A stretch of DNA of 48,627 bases from Nitrospinaceae bacterium (GTDB lineage: Bacteria > Nitrospinota > Nitrospinia > Nitrospinales > VA-1): positions 1 to 48,627 of the forward strand of contig JAJDBA010000047.1 of the NCBI GenBank assembly GCA_029261675.1. The letters run 5' to 3'. Below the pieces are notes generated by a model. It was not told the DNA's origin and did no database searches. It worked only from the letters and a program-made list of their open reading frames with translations. The position numbers were made by a program, and so were the translations under genes. This document shows, piece by piece, positions 1 to 9,496 of the stretch (its first letter is position 1; each line of letters begins with the position of its first letter).

Positions 1-131
1 GGTAATTCTACGAACACAATGTCTCCCAATTGTTCTTGTGCAAACTGGGTAATACCGACCACTGCTTTTTTGCCATCCACGCGCACCCATTCATGTTCTT
101 GCGTGTAGAGAAGATTTTCAGGGACTTCCAT
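1..131 (-). CDS. gcvH: glycine cleavage system H protein, N-terminal part (runs off the left edge)
   Basis: Reverse translation from the ATG at 131-129 gives [44 protein letters not shown], the conserved GcvH N-terminus. It lies 22 nt downstream of gcvT on the same strand. Confidence 0.88.
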   Translation of the reverse strand, partial: MEVPENLLYTQEHEWVRVDGKKAVVGITQFAQEQLGDIVFVEL

Positions 132-153
132 GATGCCTCCAGGAAATTAATAG

Positions 154-1269
154 TTAGCTTTTTTTAATGCGACTTGGCAGGAAAGGGGGCTTAACGACCT
201 CAGCAGGAACGTTCAGCTTCCTGATTTCCACATCCAGTTTAGTTCCAAGTTTTGCATATTCTGTGGATACATAACATAAACCGATTCCGGTATTCAAGGA
301 AGGAGAAAATGTTCCGCTGGTCAACTCCCCAACAGGTGCCCCTTCACTTAAAACCCGATAATGCGGACGCGGTACACCGCGATCGAGCAGGCGAATGCCA
401 ACAAGTTTGCGAGAAAGACCTGCATCTTTTTGTTTTTTAAGCGCGGCCTTGCCCAGAAAATCATCTTTTTGCAATTTTATAACCCACCCCAAACCCGCTT
501 CAAGGGGATTGCAATTTTCATTGAGTTCATTGCCATAAAGGGCATAACCCATCTCCATTCTAAGGGTATCTCTTGCACCCAGGCCGATGGGTTGTAAGTT
601 GAAAGGTTTTCCTTCTTCAATTAGGGCTTTGTAAACCGACTCCGCATGCTTTGAATCAAGATATACTTCGAATCCGTCTTCTCCGGTATAACCTGTGCGA
701 GCGAGAATGCACTCAATATTATGGATTTTTCCTTTTCTAAAGTGGTAGTATTCGATTTCGCTCAATGGGACGTCACATAACTTTTGCAAAAGAGCCTCAG
801 AGTGTTTCCCTTGTACCGCCAGTTGCGCCGTCTCCTGACTGGTATTTTTTACCACAGCGTTAAAATCACCGGCATTTTTAAGGATCCATTGAAAATCTTT
901 ATCTGAATTGGAAGCGTTTACGCACAAGAAATAGTGTTCATCTGAAAAACGGTGTACGAGTAAATCATCGACAACACCGCCCGTTTCTAGACACATCAAG
1001 GTATAGAGGGCTTGATTGTTTTGCATGGGTTCAATATCATTGGTTACCAGATATTGAATCAGCTTCTTTGCATCGGGGCCGGTGATTTCAATTTCTCCCA
1101 TATGACTTACATCAAAAATACCCACACCGTCGCGAACGCATTTATGTTCTTCCATAACTCCCTTGAACTGGATGGGCATATGCCAACCCGCAAAAGGAAC
1201 CAACTTGCCGCCAAGTTCCTTATGCATAGAGTGAAGTGGAGTTGTTTTTAGATCAGAATCATTTGGCAT
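154..1269 (-). CDS. gcvT: aminomethyltransferase (glycine cleavage system T protein)
   Basis: The 371-aa ORF has typical GcvT blocks (TPLHSMHKELGGKLVPFAGWHMPIQF, FDVSHMGEIEITG, ARTGYTGEDGFE, GLGARDTLRMEMGY) and is followed by gcvH. Confidence 0.95.
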   Translation of the reverse strand: MPNDSDLKTTPLHSMHKELGGKLVPFAGWHMPIQFKGVMEEHKCVRDGVGIFDVSHMGEIEITGPDAKKLIQYLVTNDIEPMQNNQALYTLMCLETGGVVDDLLVHRFSDEHYFLCVNASNSDKDFQWILKNAGDFNAVVKNTSQETAQLAVQGKHSEALLQKLCDVPLSEIEYYHFRKGKIHNIECILARTGYTGEDGFEVYLDSKHAESVYKALIEEGKPFNLQPIGLGARDTLRMEMGYALYGNELNENCNPLEAGLGWVIKLQKDDFLGKAALKKQKDAGLSRKLVGIRLLDRGVPRPHYRVLSEGAPVGELTSGTFSPSLNTGIGLCYVSTEYAKLGTKLDVEIRKLNVPAEVVKPPFLPSRIKKS

Positions 1270-1377
1270 GGGAAAAATATCTAGTATTTTTGTTGTAGAA
1301 TGCGAATCATTTGTATAACCAATTTTTAAGATGCACGCAAGAAATTATAATGAATAAAAAAGTGCTAAACTAACATT

Positions 1378-2397
1378 ATGAGTTCATCAAACGGCCATAA
1401 AAAATATGATGTGATCTTGGTAGCAGGTGAGGGAAAGTCCAGCTATAAGGTTTACCATCAAAATAAGGCGTTTTTAACCCTTCAGGGGAAATGCGTCATC
1501 CTTTATATTGTCGAAGCGTTGCAGCAGGTACAATCGATTCGAGATATCTATATTGTTGGATCGAAAGACAAACTAGATCAAGTATTACACTCCGGCAGGG
1601 TTGATCGTGAATACCCAAAACGCATTCATGTTGTCGAGCAAAAGGCCAATTTGTATGAAAATGTCTGGCAAACATTTTTGCAGTCTCAGCAAGTTGAGCT
1701 AAAAGACGTAGACACAACTCCTCACCGCGACAAGGCCGTATTGATTGTGCCTTGCGATGCGCCCTTGATCACACCACAGGAAGTCGAACATTTCATTTCC
1801 CACGCTGATATGGATCGTTACGACCATGTGCTTGGTCTGGTGTCGCGTGAAAAACTGCGGCATTTTTATCCTCAGGCGAGTAAGCCCGGAATCAAAATGG
1901 CTTATTTGCATATTCAGGAAGACAGTTTCCGCATCAACAACCTGCATCTGGTCAAACCTCTGCGTATTGAGAACCGGGAATACATCCAAAAAATGTATCA
2001 ATACCGCTACCAAAGAAACTTTAAAAACCTGGTGCTGTTCGGCCTGTCGGTATTCGGCAAAGATAAGGCGAAACATTACAAAAACTACATCGGCTTACAG
2101 TTGTGCTTGTTTTTTGGCGGACTGGGTCTTGAGTTCGTGGTAGATTATTTTAGGAAGTTGAACCCCAAAAAAGAATTAGAAGAATCAATTTCGACTATTA
2201 TGAAGACCCGGTTTTCGGCTCTTGAAGTACCTTTTCCGGGAGCCGCTCTGGATATTGATAATGCAAAAGATTATGAAGCAATGAAAACCCGGTTTGAGGA
2301 ATGGCAGGAATATTTAAAGGCAACTCCCCTTACCAGCATTGAAGAATACAGCGAGGCATTTTCTCCCTCCCGTAAAATGGTGCGCACTTCGCACTAA
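1378..2397 (+). CDS. MobA-like NTP-transferase family protein (nucleotidyltransferase, substrate unknown)
   Basis: The 339-aa ORF has an N-terminal DVILVAGEGKS glycine-rich loop and a PCDAPLI motif, as in NTP_transf_3-type nucleotidyltransferases. The C-terminal half is not recognised. Confidence 0.6.
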   Translation: MSSSNGHKKYDVILVAGEGKSSYKVYHQNKAFLTLQGKCVILYIVEALQQVQSIRDIYIVGSKDKLDQVLHSGRVDREYPKRIHVVEQKANLYENVWQTFLQSQQVELKDVDTTPHRDKAVLIVPCDAPLITPQEVEHFISHADMDRYDHVLGLVSREKLRHFYPQASKPGIKMAYLHIQEDSFRINNLHLVKPLRIENREYIQKMYQYRYQRNFKNLVLFGLSVFGKDKAKHYKNYIGLQLCLFFGGLGLEFVVDYFRKLNPKKELEESISTIMKTRFSALEVPFPGAALDIDNAKDYEAMKTRFEEWQEYLKATPLTSIEEYSEAFSPSRKMVRTSH

Positions 2398-2487
2398 TTG
2401 CATCTGTCATTATAATATCCCCAGGAAAAAATAATTCCAATTTTTGCCGGAAGTTATAACTGGCAATGTTACAAGTTTAAAAAAATT

Positions 2488-4290
2488 ATGGATCAAAAGA
2501 AATTAAGAAATTTTTCTATCATTGCCCATATCGACCATGGCAAATCTACCCTTGCGGACAAACTCATACTTGCCACATCTGCGCTCTCCCAGCGCGAAAT
2601 GAAAGATCAGGTATTGGACAATATGGATCTCGAACGTGAGCGCGGGATAACTATCAAGGCGCAAACGGTTTGTTTGAAATATGCGTCTAAAAATGACGGT
2701 GATTTTGTCTTCAATATGATCGACACACCAGGGCATGTTGATTTCACTTATGAAGTGTCGCGCAGTCTCGCCGCATGTGAAGGCGTGCTGCTGGTAATCG
2801 ATGCAACGCAGGGCATTCAGGCGCAAACCATCGCCAATTTGAATCTCGCCATGCAACACGATTTGGCGGTGATTCCTGTTATCAACAAGATTGATCTTCC
2901 AAGCGCAGATCCGGAATTTATAAAAGAACAACTGGAAGACGTTTTACAGATCGAATCTGACAGTGCTGTGTTGGTGAGCGCAAAGGAAGGAATAGGAATT
3001 GATGAATTAATGGAATCAGTAACAAAGCTTATCCCATCACCTGAAGGCGACGAGTCCGGCGCACTACAAATATTGTTATTCGATGCTTGGTACGATGCTT
3101 TTCGTGGGGTCATTATCCTCATTAAAGTTCAGCATGGAACAATCAAGGTGAATGATGAAATCACCATGATGGCAACGGGTAACCAGTTTGTGGTGGAAGA
3201 GTTGGGGGCATATAATCCTAAGCAGGAACCTAAACCCAAATTGCAAGCCGGAGAAGTCGGATATCTGATAGCGGGGATTAAAGAACTGGATCAAACTAAA
3301 GTAGGCGATACCATCACGCATGCCAAAGCTCCATGCGAAAGCCCCTTGCCAGGATATAAAGAGGTCAAGCCCATGGTGTTCAGTGGGCTCTACCCAATCA
3401 GCGGAGATGATTATGAAGACCTGCGAGACGCGCTGAAAAAATTAACACTGAATGATGCTTCATTTTCCTATGAAGCAGAAACATCGACTGCATTGGGATT
3501 CGGCTTTCGCTGTGGGTTTCTCGGACTGCTGCATATGGAAATCATACGCGAACGAATTGAGCGGGAATATAAAGTGGATCTTCTCACTACCGCCCCCACG
3601 GTTATTTATAAGCTTATCACCACCGATGGTAAAACGATAATGATCGACAACCCTACCAAACTGAAAGAACAAAAAAATATAGACCATCTGGAAGAACCCT
3701 ATGTTATGGGAACTATAATTTTACCCGATGAATATATTGGCGTTGTTATGGGGCTGGTTAGAGATCGGCGCGGCATCCAGAGAAAAATGGAATACCTGAA
3801 TCCAGAAACGGTTCTACTGGAATACGAATTGCCTTTCAACGAAATCGTGCTGGACTTTTATGACAAACTAAAATCTTCCACCAAGGGTTACGCTTCATGT
3901 GATTACGATTTTATAGATTTCAGGACATCCAGTCTGGTAAAGTTGGATATTCTCTTGAATGGAGAATTGGTGGATGCCTTGTCTTTAATAGCTCATAAAG
4001 ATAAAGCATTTTTTCTGGGTCGCGACTTAGCTAAAAAGCTCAAGCAACAGATACCCCGACAAATGTTTGAGGTGGCAATTCAAGCTGCCATTGGCAGTAA
4101 GGTCATTGCGCGTGAAACCGTCAAGGCACTGAGAAAAAATGTTCTGGCAAAATGTTATGGTGGAGACATTACCCGAAAACGAAAGCTGCTTGAAAAGCAA
4201 AAAGAAGGAAAGAAGAAGATGAAGCAGATTGGAAGTGTAGAGATTCCTCAGGAAGCGTTTCTAGCTGTATTGAGGACAGATGACAAATAA
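2488..4290 (+). CDS. lepA: translation elongation factor 4
   Basis: The 600-aa ORF has GTPase motifs [14 protein letters not shown] and NKID, plus the conserved LepA C-terminus ([24 protein letters not shown]). Confidence 0.97.
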   Translation: MDQKKLRNFSIIAHIDHGKSTLADKLILATSALSQREMKDQVLDNMDLERERGITIKAQTVCLKYASKNDGDFVFNMIDTPGHVDFTYEVSRSLAACEGVLLVIDATQGIQAQTIANLNLAMQHDLAVIPVINKIDLPSADPEFIKEQLEDVLQIESDSAVLVSAKEGIGIDELMESVTKLIPSPEGDESGALQILLFDAWYDAFRGVIILIKVQHGTIKVNDEITMMATGNQFVVEELGAYNPKQEPKPKLQAGEVGYLIAGIKELDQTKVGDTITHAKAPCESPLPGYKEVKPMVFSGLYPISGDDYEDLRDALKKLTLNDASFSYEAETSTALGFGFRCGFLGLLHMEIIRERIEREYKVDLLTTAPTVIYKLITTDGKTIMIDNPTKLKEQKNIDHLEEPYVMGTIILPDEYIGVVMGLVRDRRGIQRKMEYLNPETVLLEYELPFNEIVLDFYDKLKSSTKGYASCDYDFIDFRTSSLVKLDILLNGELVDALSLIAHKDKAFFLGRDLAKKLKQQIPRQMFEVAIQAAIGSKVIARETVKALRKNVLAKCYGGDITRKRKLLEKQKEGKKKMKQIGSVEIPQEAFLAVLRTDDK

Positions 4291-4951
4291 GACAACTGAA
4301 AATATTGAAGGCGGCACCGCCCCCAAAAAGAGCATTACCCGTGAATATGCCGAAGCAATTTTCATTGCACTTCTTCTTGCTCTTTTCATCCGCACGTTTG
4401 CCGTACAGGCTTTTAAAATTCCTTCCGGTTCGATGGAAACGACTCTGTTGATCGGGGACCATATTCTTGTTTCAAAATTTGCATACGGGACACATATTCC
4501 CAACGAGGTTCCTTTTCTCAATATTAAATTATTTGATGACATTATTTTGTTCCCCAGCGAACCCGAGCGTGGAGACATTATTGTATTCAAGTTTCCTAAA
4601 GACGAGACACGTGATTTCATTAAAAGAGTGATTGGTGTTCCGGGCGATTTACTAGAAGTTCGTCGTCAGAAAATTTTTATCAACGGCAAGCCATACGAAG
4701 ATCTGCACGCGCGACATACAAAACCGCCTTCTGAAAGCCCGCTGGTGCCACGCGATGATTTTGGACCGGTACTGGTTCCCGATGGTCATGTGTTTATGAT
4801 GGGGGACAACCGTGAGAATAGTCAGGATAGTCGCTATTGGGGGTTTCTGGATATTAAGAAAGTGCGCGGAAAAGCTTTGATGATTTACTGGTCTTGGAAT
4901 CAACTGGAAAGCTGGGTTCGGTTTGAACGCTTTGGAAAGATACTAGAGTGA
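4280..4951 (+). CDS. lepB: signal peptidase I
   Basis: The 223-aa ORF has an N-terminal TM segment, the catalytic-Ser box [10 protein letters not shown], the KRVIG Lys box and [14 protein letters not shown]. It overlaps the lepA stop by 11 nt in the classic lepA-lepB arrangement. Confidence 0.93.
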   Translation: MTNKTTENIEGGTAPKKSITREYAEAIFIALLLALFIRTFAVQAFKIPSGSMETTLLIGDHILVSKFAYGTHIPNEVPFLNIKLFDDIILFPSEPERGDIIVFKFPKDETRDFIKRVIGVPGDLLEVRRQKIFINGKPYEDLHARHTKPPSESPLVPRDDFGPVLVPDGHVFMMGDNRENSQDSRYWGFLDIKKVRGKALMIYWSWNQLESWVRFERFGKILE

Positions 4952-5643
4952 AAACTTCTTTCGCAGACCGCAAAACAAAACTTCATACCCTTCTCAAAAA
5001 TTCCAAAGCCGCAATCTTGGACTTTGATGGGTTGCTTGCCGACTCGGAACCATTTCATTACAAAGCTTATAATGAAGTTTTTGAAAGATACGGACATACG
5101 CTTGATAAAAAAGAGTATTGGGTTGAATGGACCTCCAAAGGAAAAGGCATAGCCGGAGAAATTGAACGCCATAAACTCAAGCTGGATGTTGACCCAGTAG
5201 AAATGCGAAAGCAAAAATTTGAAGTGTATACCCAATTTTGTGAAAGTGGAGAAATTAAGCTTTTTCCTGATTCTGTAACTCTGATTGAGCAATTGTCTGT
5301 ACGGCATAAACTGGCGATTGCTTCTGGGTCTTGGGCTACGGATATCCGGCATATTTTGCGGAATGCCGGTGCGTTGGATCTGATTCCTGTTATTCTTGGT
5401 AAAGAATCCGCCAAACGGGAGAAACCGTTCCCAGATATTTTTTTGAACGCGGCCAAGAAACTGGGCTGTTTGCCTGCAGAGTGCTTTGTTCTGGAAGATG
5501 CTTTGAAAGGCATGAATGCGGCAAACGAAGCGGGGATACCTTGTATTATTTTACAAAACGAACTGAACCGGAATATAGATTTTAAAAATGCGGAAATGGT
5601 TTTCCCCAGCCTTGCAGATTTCGTTTCAGCGTTAGAGCTCTAG
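4948..5643 (+). CDS. HAD-superfamily hydrolase (beta-phosphoglucomutase-like subfamily IA)
   Basis: The 231-aa ORF has HAD motif I (ILDFDGLLADSE) and motifs III/IV (REKPFPDIF, VLEDALKGMNAANEAG). Its GTG start overlaps the lepB TGA (GTGA). Confidence 0.8.
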   Translation: MKTSFADRKTKLHTLLKNSKAAILDFDGLLADSEPFHYKAYNEVFERYGHTLDKKEYWVEWTSKGKGIAGEIERHKLKLDVDPVEMRKQKFEVYTQFCESGEIKLFPDSVTLIEQLSVRHKLAIASGSWATDIRHILRNAGALDLIPVILGKESAKREKPFPDIFLNAAKKLGCLPAECFVLEDALKGMNAANEAGIPCIILQNELNRNIDFKNAEMVFPSLADFVSALEL

Positions 5644-5659
5644 TATTAAAGTTTTGAAT

Positions 5660-5680
5660 CCCACAAGTGGGTTTTATTCT
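5660..5680 (+). terminator. weak candidate intrinsic terminator after the HAD gene
   Basis: A short CCCA/TGGG stem (5660-5671) is followed by TTTTATT. A second GC palindrome, CGTGGC-TC-GCCACG, lies at about 5682-5695. Confidence 0.3.
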
Positions 5681-5748
5681 CCGTGGCTCGCCACGCGTTT
5701 TAAATAAAAATCTTTGTAGGGTACCCCGTCCGCTTGCGGCGAGATCGT

Positions 5749-6681
5749 TCATTCCCCAGACACTGCCAGTTCTTTTTCAAATCCATTAAAAATATCTTGT
5801 ATAGGTGGGATGAGTTTCTCTTTTAACTCATCAGGGATCCAGTTAATTTTTTCTACAGGCCAGCTTCCTATCTTGCGTATATCCAGACCCGCTTTTTTAA
5901 ACGGACCTTCCAGACTTTCTTCGAATCCGTAAATCAGAGCATTATTAAAAACCATTTTATATAATTCATCTATCTTTTTGGGTTCGTGGAGTCCTTCCAT
6001 GAAAGCCTGCATCATAGCATCGATAATAGGGGTCGCGTGCTCTCGAAAGTCCTCACTGCATGCATTCTCAAGAGTTCGGTAGATAATGATGATATCTTGC
6101 AAGAGATATTTAATATCTTTGGGATCTTTTTTGACAGGCCCTTTTTTTAAATCAAAATAAGGTTTGTATTCCTTTAAAATTCTTACCGTATCGCTGATGA
6201 TAGATTCTTCCCAAGGAACTTTATTCCAGACAAAAAAAGTTCTCAGCCATCGAATTCTATTCGTCGCATCTTCCATATGCATGGTCAAACTGAGCTTGTC
6301 TTTGTTGCTATGCGGTAATGTGCCGCCCCACATTTTTAATTCAAGTTCGAGTTGGTAGGGAGCAAAGGCTTCCTTATAAACATCAGCATAAATAGCGACG
6401 AGCTTTTCCATATTCTCATGTTTGTCCAGCGGGCTATTTTGCGGCAGGTTTACTATGGAATAGAGCCTCCATATTCGCCGACGCGCCATCCCATTGGGTT
6501 TGGCAATCAAATAGGTTCCTCCCCAGATACCTGAAGTCAAAGAAATAACAACCCCATAAACTTCTTCTAGCCGACGCGTGACCTCTGTACCGATATTTCG
6601 GTAGAGCTCGTTTATGTAATAGAGGTTGATCAGGTGATCGTCAGAGAAAACCGGACCTGAAGCTTTAGGTGTATTTGCCAT
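5749..6681 (-). CDS. hypothetical protein (no signal peptide, no family recognised)
   Basis: A long uninterrupted 310-aa ORF with normal-looking composition. It is separated from the upstream gene by a strong terminator, so it is probably its own transcription unit. Confidence 0.6.
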   Translation of the reverse strand: MANTPKASGPVFSDDHLINLYYINELYRNIGTEVTRRLEEVYGVVISLTSGIWGGTYLIAKPNGMARRRIWRLYSIVNLPQNSPLDKHENMEKLVAIYADVYKEAFAPYQLELELKMWGGTLPHSNKDKLSLTMHMEDATNRIRWLRTFFVWNKVPWEESIISDTVRILKEYKPYFDLKKGPVKKDPKDIKYLLQDIIIIYRTLENACSEDFREHATPIIDAMMQAFMEGLHEPKKIDELYKMVFNNALIYGFEESLEGPFKKAGLDIRKIGSWPVEKINWIPDELKEKLIPPIQDIFNGFEKELAVSGE

Positions 6682-6701
6682 AGAATACCTGAAGAGAGGT
6701 C

Positions 6702-6738
6702 AAAAAAAAATTCCACCCCCATTCTCGGGGATGGAATT
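6702..6738 (-). terminator. rho-independent terminator of the DUF4399 gene
   Basis: On the minus strand, the hairpin AATTCCATCCCC-GAGAAT-GGGGGTGGAATT (about 10 bp, one bulge) is followed by a run of nine T (the A-run at 6702-6710 on plus). Confidence 0.75.
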
Positions 6739-6790
6739 AAATTTTTCCAGTAAAACTATTCCTAATAGAATTGTTTTACCTGTGTAACAG

Positions 6791-7243
6791 TTAGGGTGCT
6801 ACATGTACAACCGTTACGGTCACTGCATCTGATACCGGAGGATTGTAAGGAACGTGATTACCCTGTGCAAAAAGAGCGGTGATCGTGTGTTGTCCCTTGG
6901 ACAAGTTCAATGTTTTACATTTTGAACCATCACCCATATGAACATGATTTCCATCTTTGCCAATAGGCTTGCTCAAGTCAGATGGAATTGGCACATCAAT
7001 CAATAAATGATGATGCCCTTTACCTGGGTTCACACCATTCTTCGCAGGCTCAACAGTGTAACCATTGGTTGCCATGCAAACTTGTAACGGACTGCTCACA
7101 TTAGTGAGAGTCGCTGGTGTTGTGATTGAAAGAGCCTTGCTTGAGCTTGCAACGCTAGCGGTAGATCCGCCGCCAGGTTGCCCTGCACAGCCTACAAATG
7201 CGACCACTGCCATCAACATAAGTACTTTAGAAATGATTTTCAT
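6791..7243 (-). CDS. DUF4399-like exported lipoprotein
   Basis: Signal peptide with lipobox (MKIISKVLMLMAVVAFVGC) and the GKGHHHLLIDVP motif typical of DUF4399. I placed the start at the ATG at 7243, which is preceded by AGGAG; the longer ORF to 7270 adds a non-signal extension. Confidence 0.7.
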   Translation of the reverse strand: MKIISKVLMLMAVVAFVGCAGQPGGGSTASVASSSKALSITTPATLTNVSSPLQVCMATNGYTVEPAKNGVNPGKGHHHLLIDVPIPSDLSKPIGKDGNHVHMGDGSKCKTLNLSKGQHTITALFAQGNHVPYNPPVSDAVTVTVVHVAP

Positions 7244-7566
7244 AAACTCCTCGTAAATAAAGGTGAACAATTAATAAACTGGAAATGCCACCTAAAATTT
7301 AAAAACACTTCGAAAATATTTTTCAAAGGGGAAAAATCACCCTTATCAATTATTATGTATGTTTTTTGCAAATATCACCCCATTGTCGGTTCAAATCAGG
7401 CAACAAAAAAGTGTCTCAAAAAGATAAATTTTTTTATTATTATGTACGAAAACAGAAATAAAATCAATGCTATCATTTAAGAAACTCCTCCCGTAAGCTA
7501 TAAACAGGAAGAAGGAAGGTCTATACTTCTGGAAACTGTTGCTGTGGGATTTTCGATAATAGGGAT

Positions 7567-8460
7567 ATGGAAAAAGAGCAAAAAACCTCTAAAATTTTGA
7601 GATATTTTCCTCCTAAAACCCGAAAATGCGTCATGGGTTTACTTCTGCTTTCTGCATTTGGGATATATCAGCCAGCAGTGAGTTTCGCGGACTCAGTAAA
7701 TTCAACAGCCTGGAAGAATCTCGAGCCAGGTCTGGATTTAGGAGTATTTACGGCTCCGAAAAAATCAGCCTTCGGTGATTCATTGATCCGAGTTTTGCGG
7801 GCTGATACCCGATTTTTCTCCCTGAAGCTGTTAAATTCTTCTGCCTTACCCTCCCCCAAAAGACATTCTGTAAAAAAATGGGCGCAACAAAACGCTCTTG
7901 TGGCCGCTATCAATGCCAGCATGTACCAGAAAAATAAGGTGTCGAGCGTTTCTTATATGAAAACCGGGAAACATGTGAATAGCACCTGGGTGTCTAAGGA
8001 CAAAACTGTTCTGGCCTTTGATCCAACTGAAAAAAATATTTCCACAGTAAGAATAATTGATCGAGAATGTGAAGATTTCGGTGCCCTTCGAAAACAATAT
8101 GCAACCTTGGTCCAAAGTATCCGTATGGTTTCCTGCAAAGGGGAAAACGTATGGGCACCCCAAAAAAAAATGTGGAGTACAGCTGCGATAGGCACAGACC
8201 GTCAAGGGAGAGTTTTGTTCATTCATGTTCGATCTCCTTACCCTACTCACGAATTAATCAATATGCTTTTGCAACTTCCGATAGATTTAAAACGCGCAAT
8301 GTATGTTGAGGGGGGTGCAGATGCCCAGCTATATATAAACACAGGAAAAGAAGAACATGAGTTCATTGGAAGTTATTCCACCGGTTCCAGAGAGCATGAC
8401 GAAAATACTTTTTCCAGACCTGTTCCAAATGTATTGGGACTCGTCCGACTAAATAAATAA
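7567..8460 (+). CDS. phosphodiester glycosidase (NAGPA/DUF2233-like) family protein, exported
   Basis: The 297-aa ORF has an N-terminal hydrophobic signal/anchor. The block TAAIGTDRQGRVLFIHV...THELINMLLQL...AMYVEGGADAQLYI resembles the family signature (TAIG..dG.l.lv...lDGGGS). Confidence 0.6.
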   Translation: MEKEQKTSKILRYFPPKTRKCVMGLLLLSAFGIYQPAVSFADSVNSTAWKNLEPGLDLGVFTAPKKSAFGDSLIRVLRADTRFFSLKLLNSSALPSPKRHSVKKWAQQNALVAAINASMYQKNKVSSVSYMKTGKHVNSTWVSKDKTVLAFDPTEKNISTVRIIDRECEDFGALRKQYATLVQSIRMVSCKGENVWAPQKKMWSTAAIGTDRQGRVLFIHVRSPYPTHELINMLLQLPIDLKRAMYVEGGADAQLYINTGKEEHEFIGSYSTGSREHDENTFSRPVPNVLGLVRLNK

Positions 8461-8472
8461 CAGGATCAAAAA

Positions 8473-8832
8473 TTGTCGAAACCAAAGTCCCTCAATTGTC
8501 GTTCCCGCTACCGAATCATGTCAGGTGATCTCATTGCCTTGGGACCTGGGAAAGTGGACTTACTGGAAGCCATTGACCAAGAGGGGTCCATATCGCAAGC
8601 GGCAAGGCAAAACCACCTCAGCTACCGACGTGCCTGGGATATGGTCGATACCATGAACCGCTGTTTTAAAAAACCATTAGTAATAAGCGCAACAGGGGGG
8701 AAAGGCGGAGGTGGCGCAGAACTGACTCCTTTAGGCAAAAAAGTAATAGCGATCTATCGAGAAATGGAAAACAAAGCCAGCCAAGCCACACAACAAGAAT
8801 GGAAATCTCTTAAAAAACATTTGAACCCCTAA
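8473..8832 (+). CDS. ModE N-terminal-type winged-helix regulator (no Mop domains)
   Basis: The 119-aa ORF carries GSISQAARQNHLSYRRAWDMVDTMN, the ModE/LysR-type HTH signature. It has a TTG start and lacks the C-terminal molybdate-binding domains. Confidence 0.65.
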   Translation: MSKPKSLNCRSRYRIMSGDLIALGPGKVDLLEAIDQEGSISQAARQNHLSYRRAWDMVDTMNRCFKKPLVISATGGKGGGGAELTPLGKKVIAIYREMENKASQATQQEWKSLKKHLNP

Positions 8833-9091
8833 CCATTATCGAAAATTAAGGTTTGTTCGACCTAATTTAAATTGTAAATTCGCTCGGTGCTACTTCCAAA
8901 AAAATCTGCACGAAGTTCAATATTCCATGTATCACATTATGGCTACTGATTGGTTATCAGTTGGCTTTCATTTAGAAGTTAAATTTTAAAATCACATTAA
9001 TAAAGATCATGCGCTAACTCGATCATTGAAGTTTAAGGGTTTGACAAAATTAGGTTGCGAACTAGCAACGTGTTGGAAATTGGTTTTTTAT

Positions 9092-9496
9092 CTAAACCAG
9101 GTTTTTAAAGATGGAATTGAGCTTATTTTTAAATTCAATTATTTCATCCCTTCCACAAGGTTTTATCATGTAATAATCTGCTCCATTTTGTTTGGCAGTT
9201 TCAATATCATTTTTCTGATCCGAACTTGAAAGCATTACAACAATGCTTGCCCTGATTGAGGGGTTGTCCTTTATTTTTTTAACCAGTTCTAACCCGTTAA
9301 TCATGGGTAAATTAATATCCAAAAAAAATAAAGTTTTTTGAGGGATTGTTAGATTAAAATTTTCTATATACTTTTGTGCTTCGAGCCCGTCTTTGAGCCA
9401 TTTCAATTCAAACGGAAAATCAAATTTTTTTAAAGTGCGATTAAACATTTGATAGTCCTGCTCATCGTCTTCAACAATTATAAGGTTCAGACTCAT
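9092..9496 (-). CDS. stand-alone response regulator receiver protein
   Basis: The 134-aa ORF has receiver motifs: EDD acidic pocket (IIVEDDEQD), phospho-acceptor context FLDINLPMINGLEL and MLSSS...K. No output domain is present. It overlaps the kinase stop by 4 nt. Confidence 0.88.
   Translation of the reverse strand: MSLNLIIVEDDEQDYQMFNRTLKKFDFPFELKWLKDGLEAQKYIENFNLTIPQKTLFFLDINLPMINGLELVKKIKDNPSIRASIVVMLSSSDQKNDIETAKQNGADYYMIKPCGRDEIIEFKNKLNSIFKNLV

Noticed and set aside
252-1251. Plus-strand ORFs (252-440, 361-597, 1012-1251) inside gcvT. Similar antisense or out-of-frame ORFs lie inside lepA, the NTP-transferase, tyrS, the NHL gene, the cytochromes, DUF1015, purD and FkbH.
   Set aside because: Each lies wholly within a longer ORF that has clear family motifs on the other strand or in another frame. 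Their translations are low-complexity or Cys/Arg-rich with no recognisable motifs or ribosome-binding sites.
1270-1377. Possible glycine riboswitch upstream of gcvT
   Set aside because: Only about 108 nt of AT-rich spacer is available. I could not find the conserved GGAGAG...CACCG-type cores of the tandem glycine aptamers on the minus strand.
7178-7480. 100-aa plus-strand ORF in the DUF4399/glycosidase intergenic region
   Set aside because: It starts inside the DUF4399 gene on the opposite strand and runs through extremely AT-rich DNA. The product is Lys/Asn/Phe-rich with no Shine-Dalgarno. It looks like a composition artefact.
9026-9229. 67-aa plus-strand ORF overlapping the 3' end of the response regulator
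   Set aside because: It is antisense to a well-supported receiver domain and has a low-complexity AT-driven translation.
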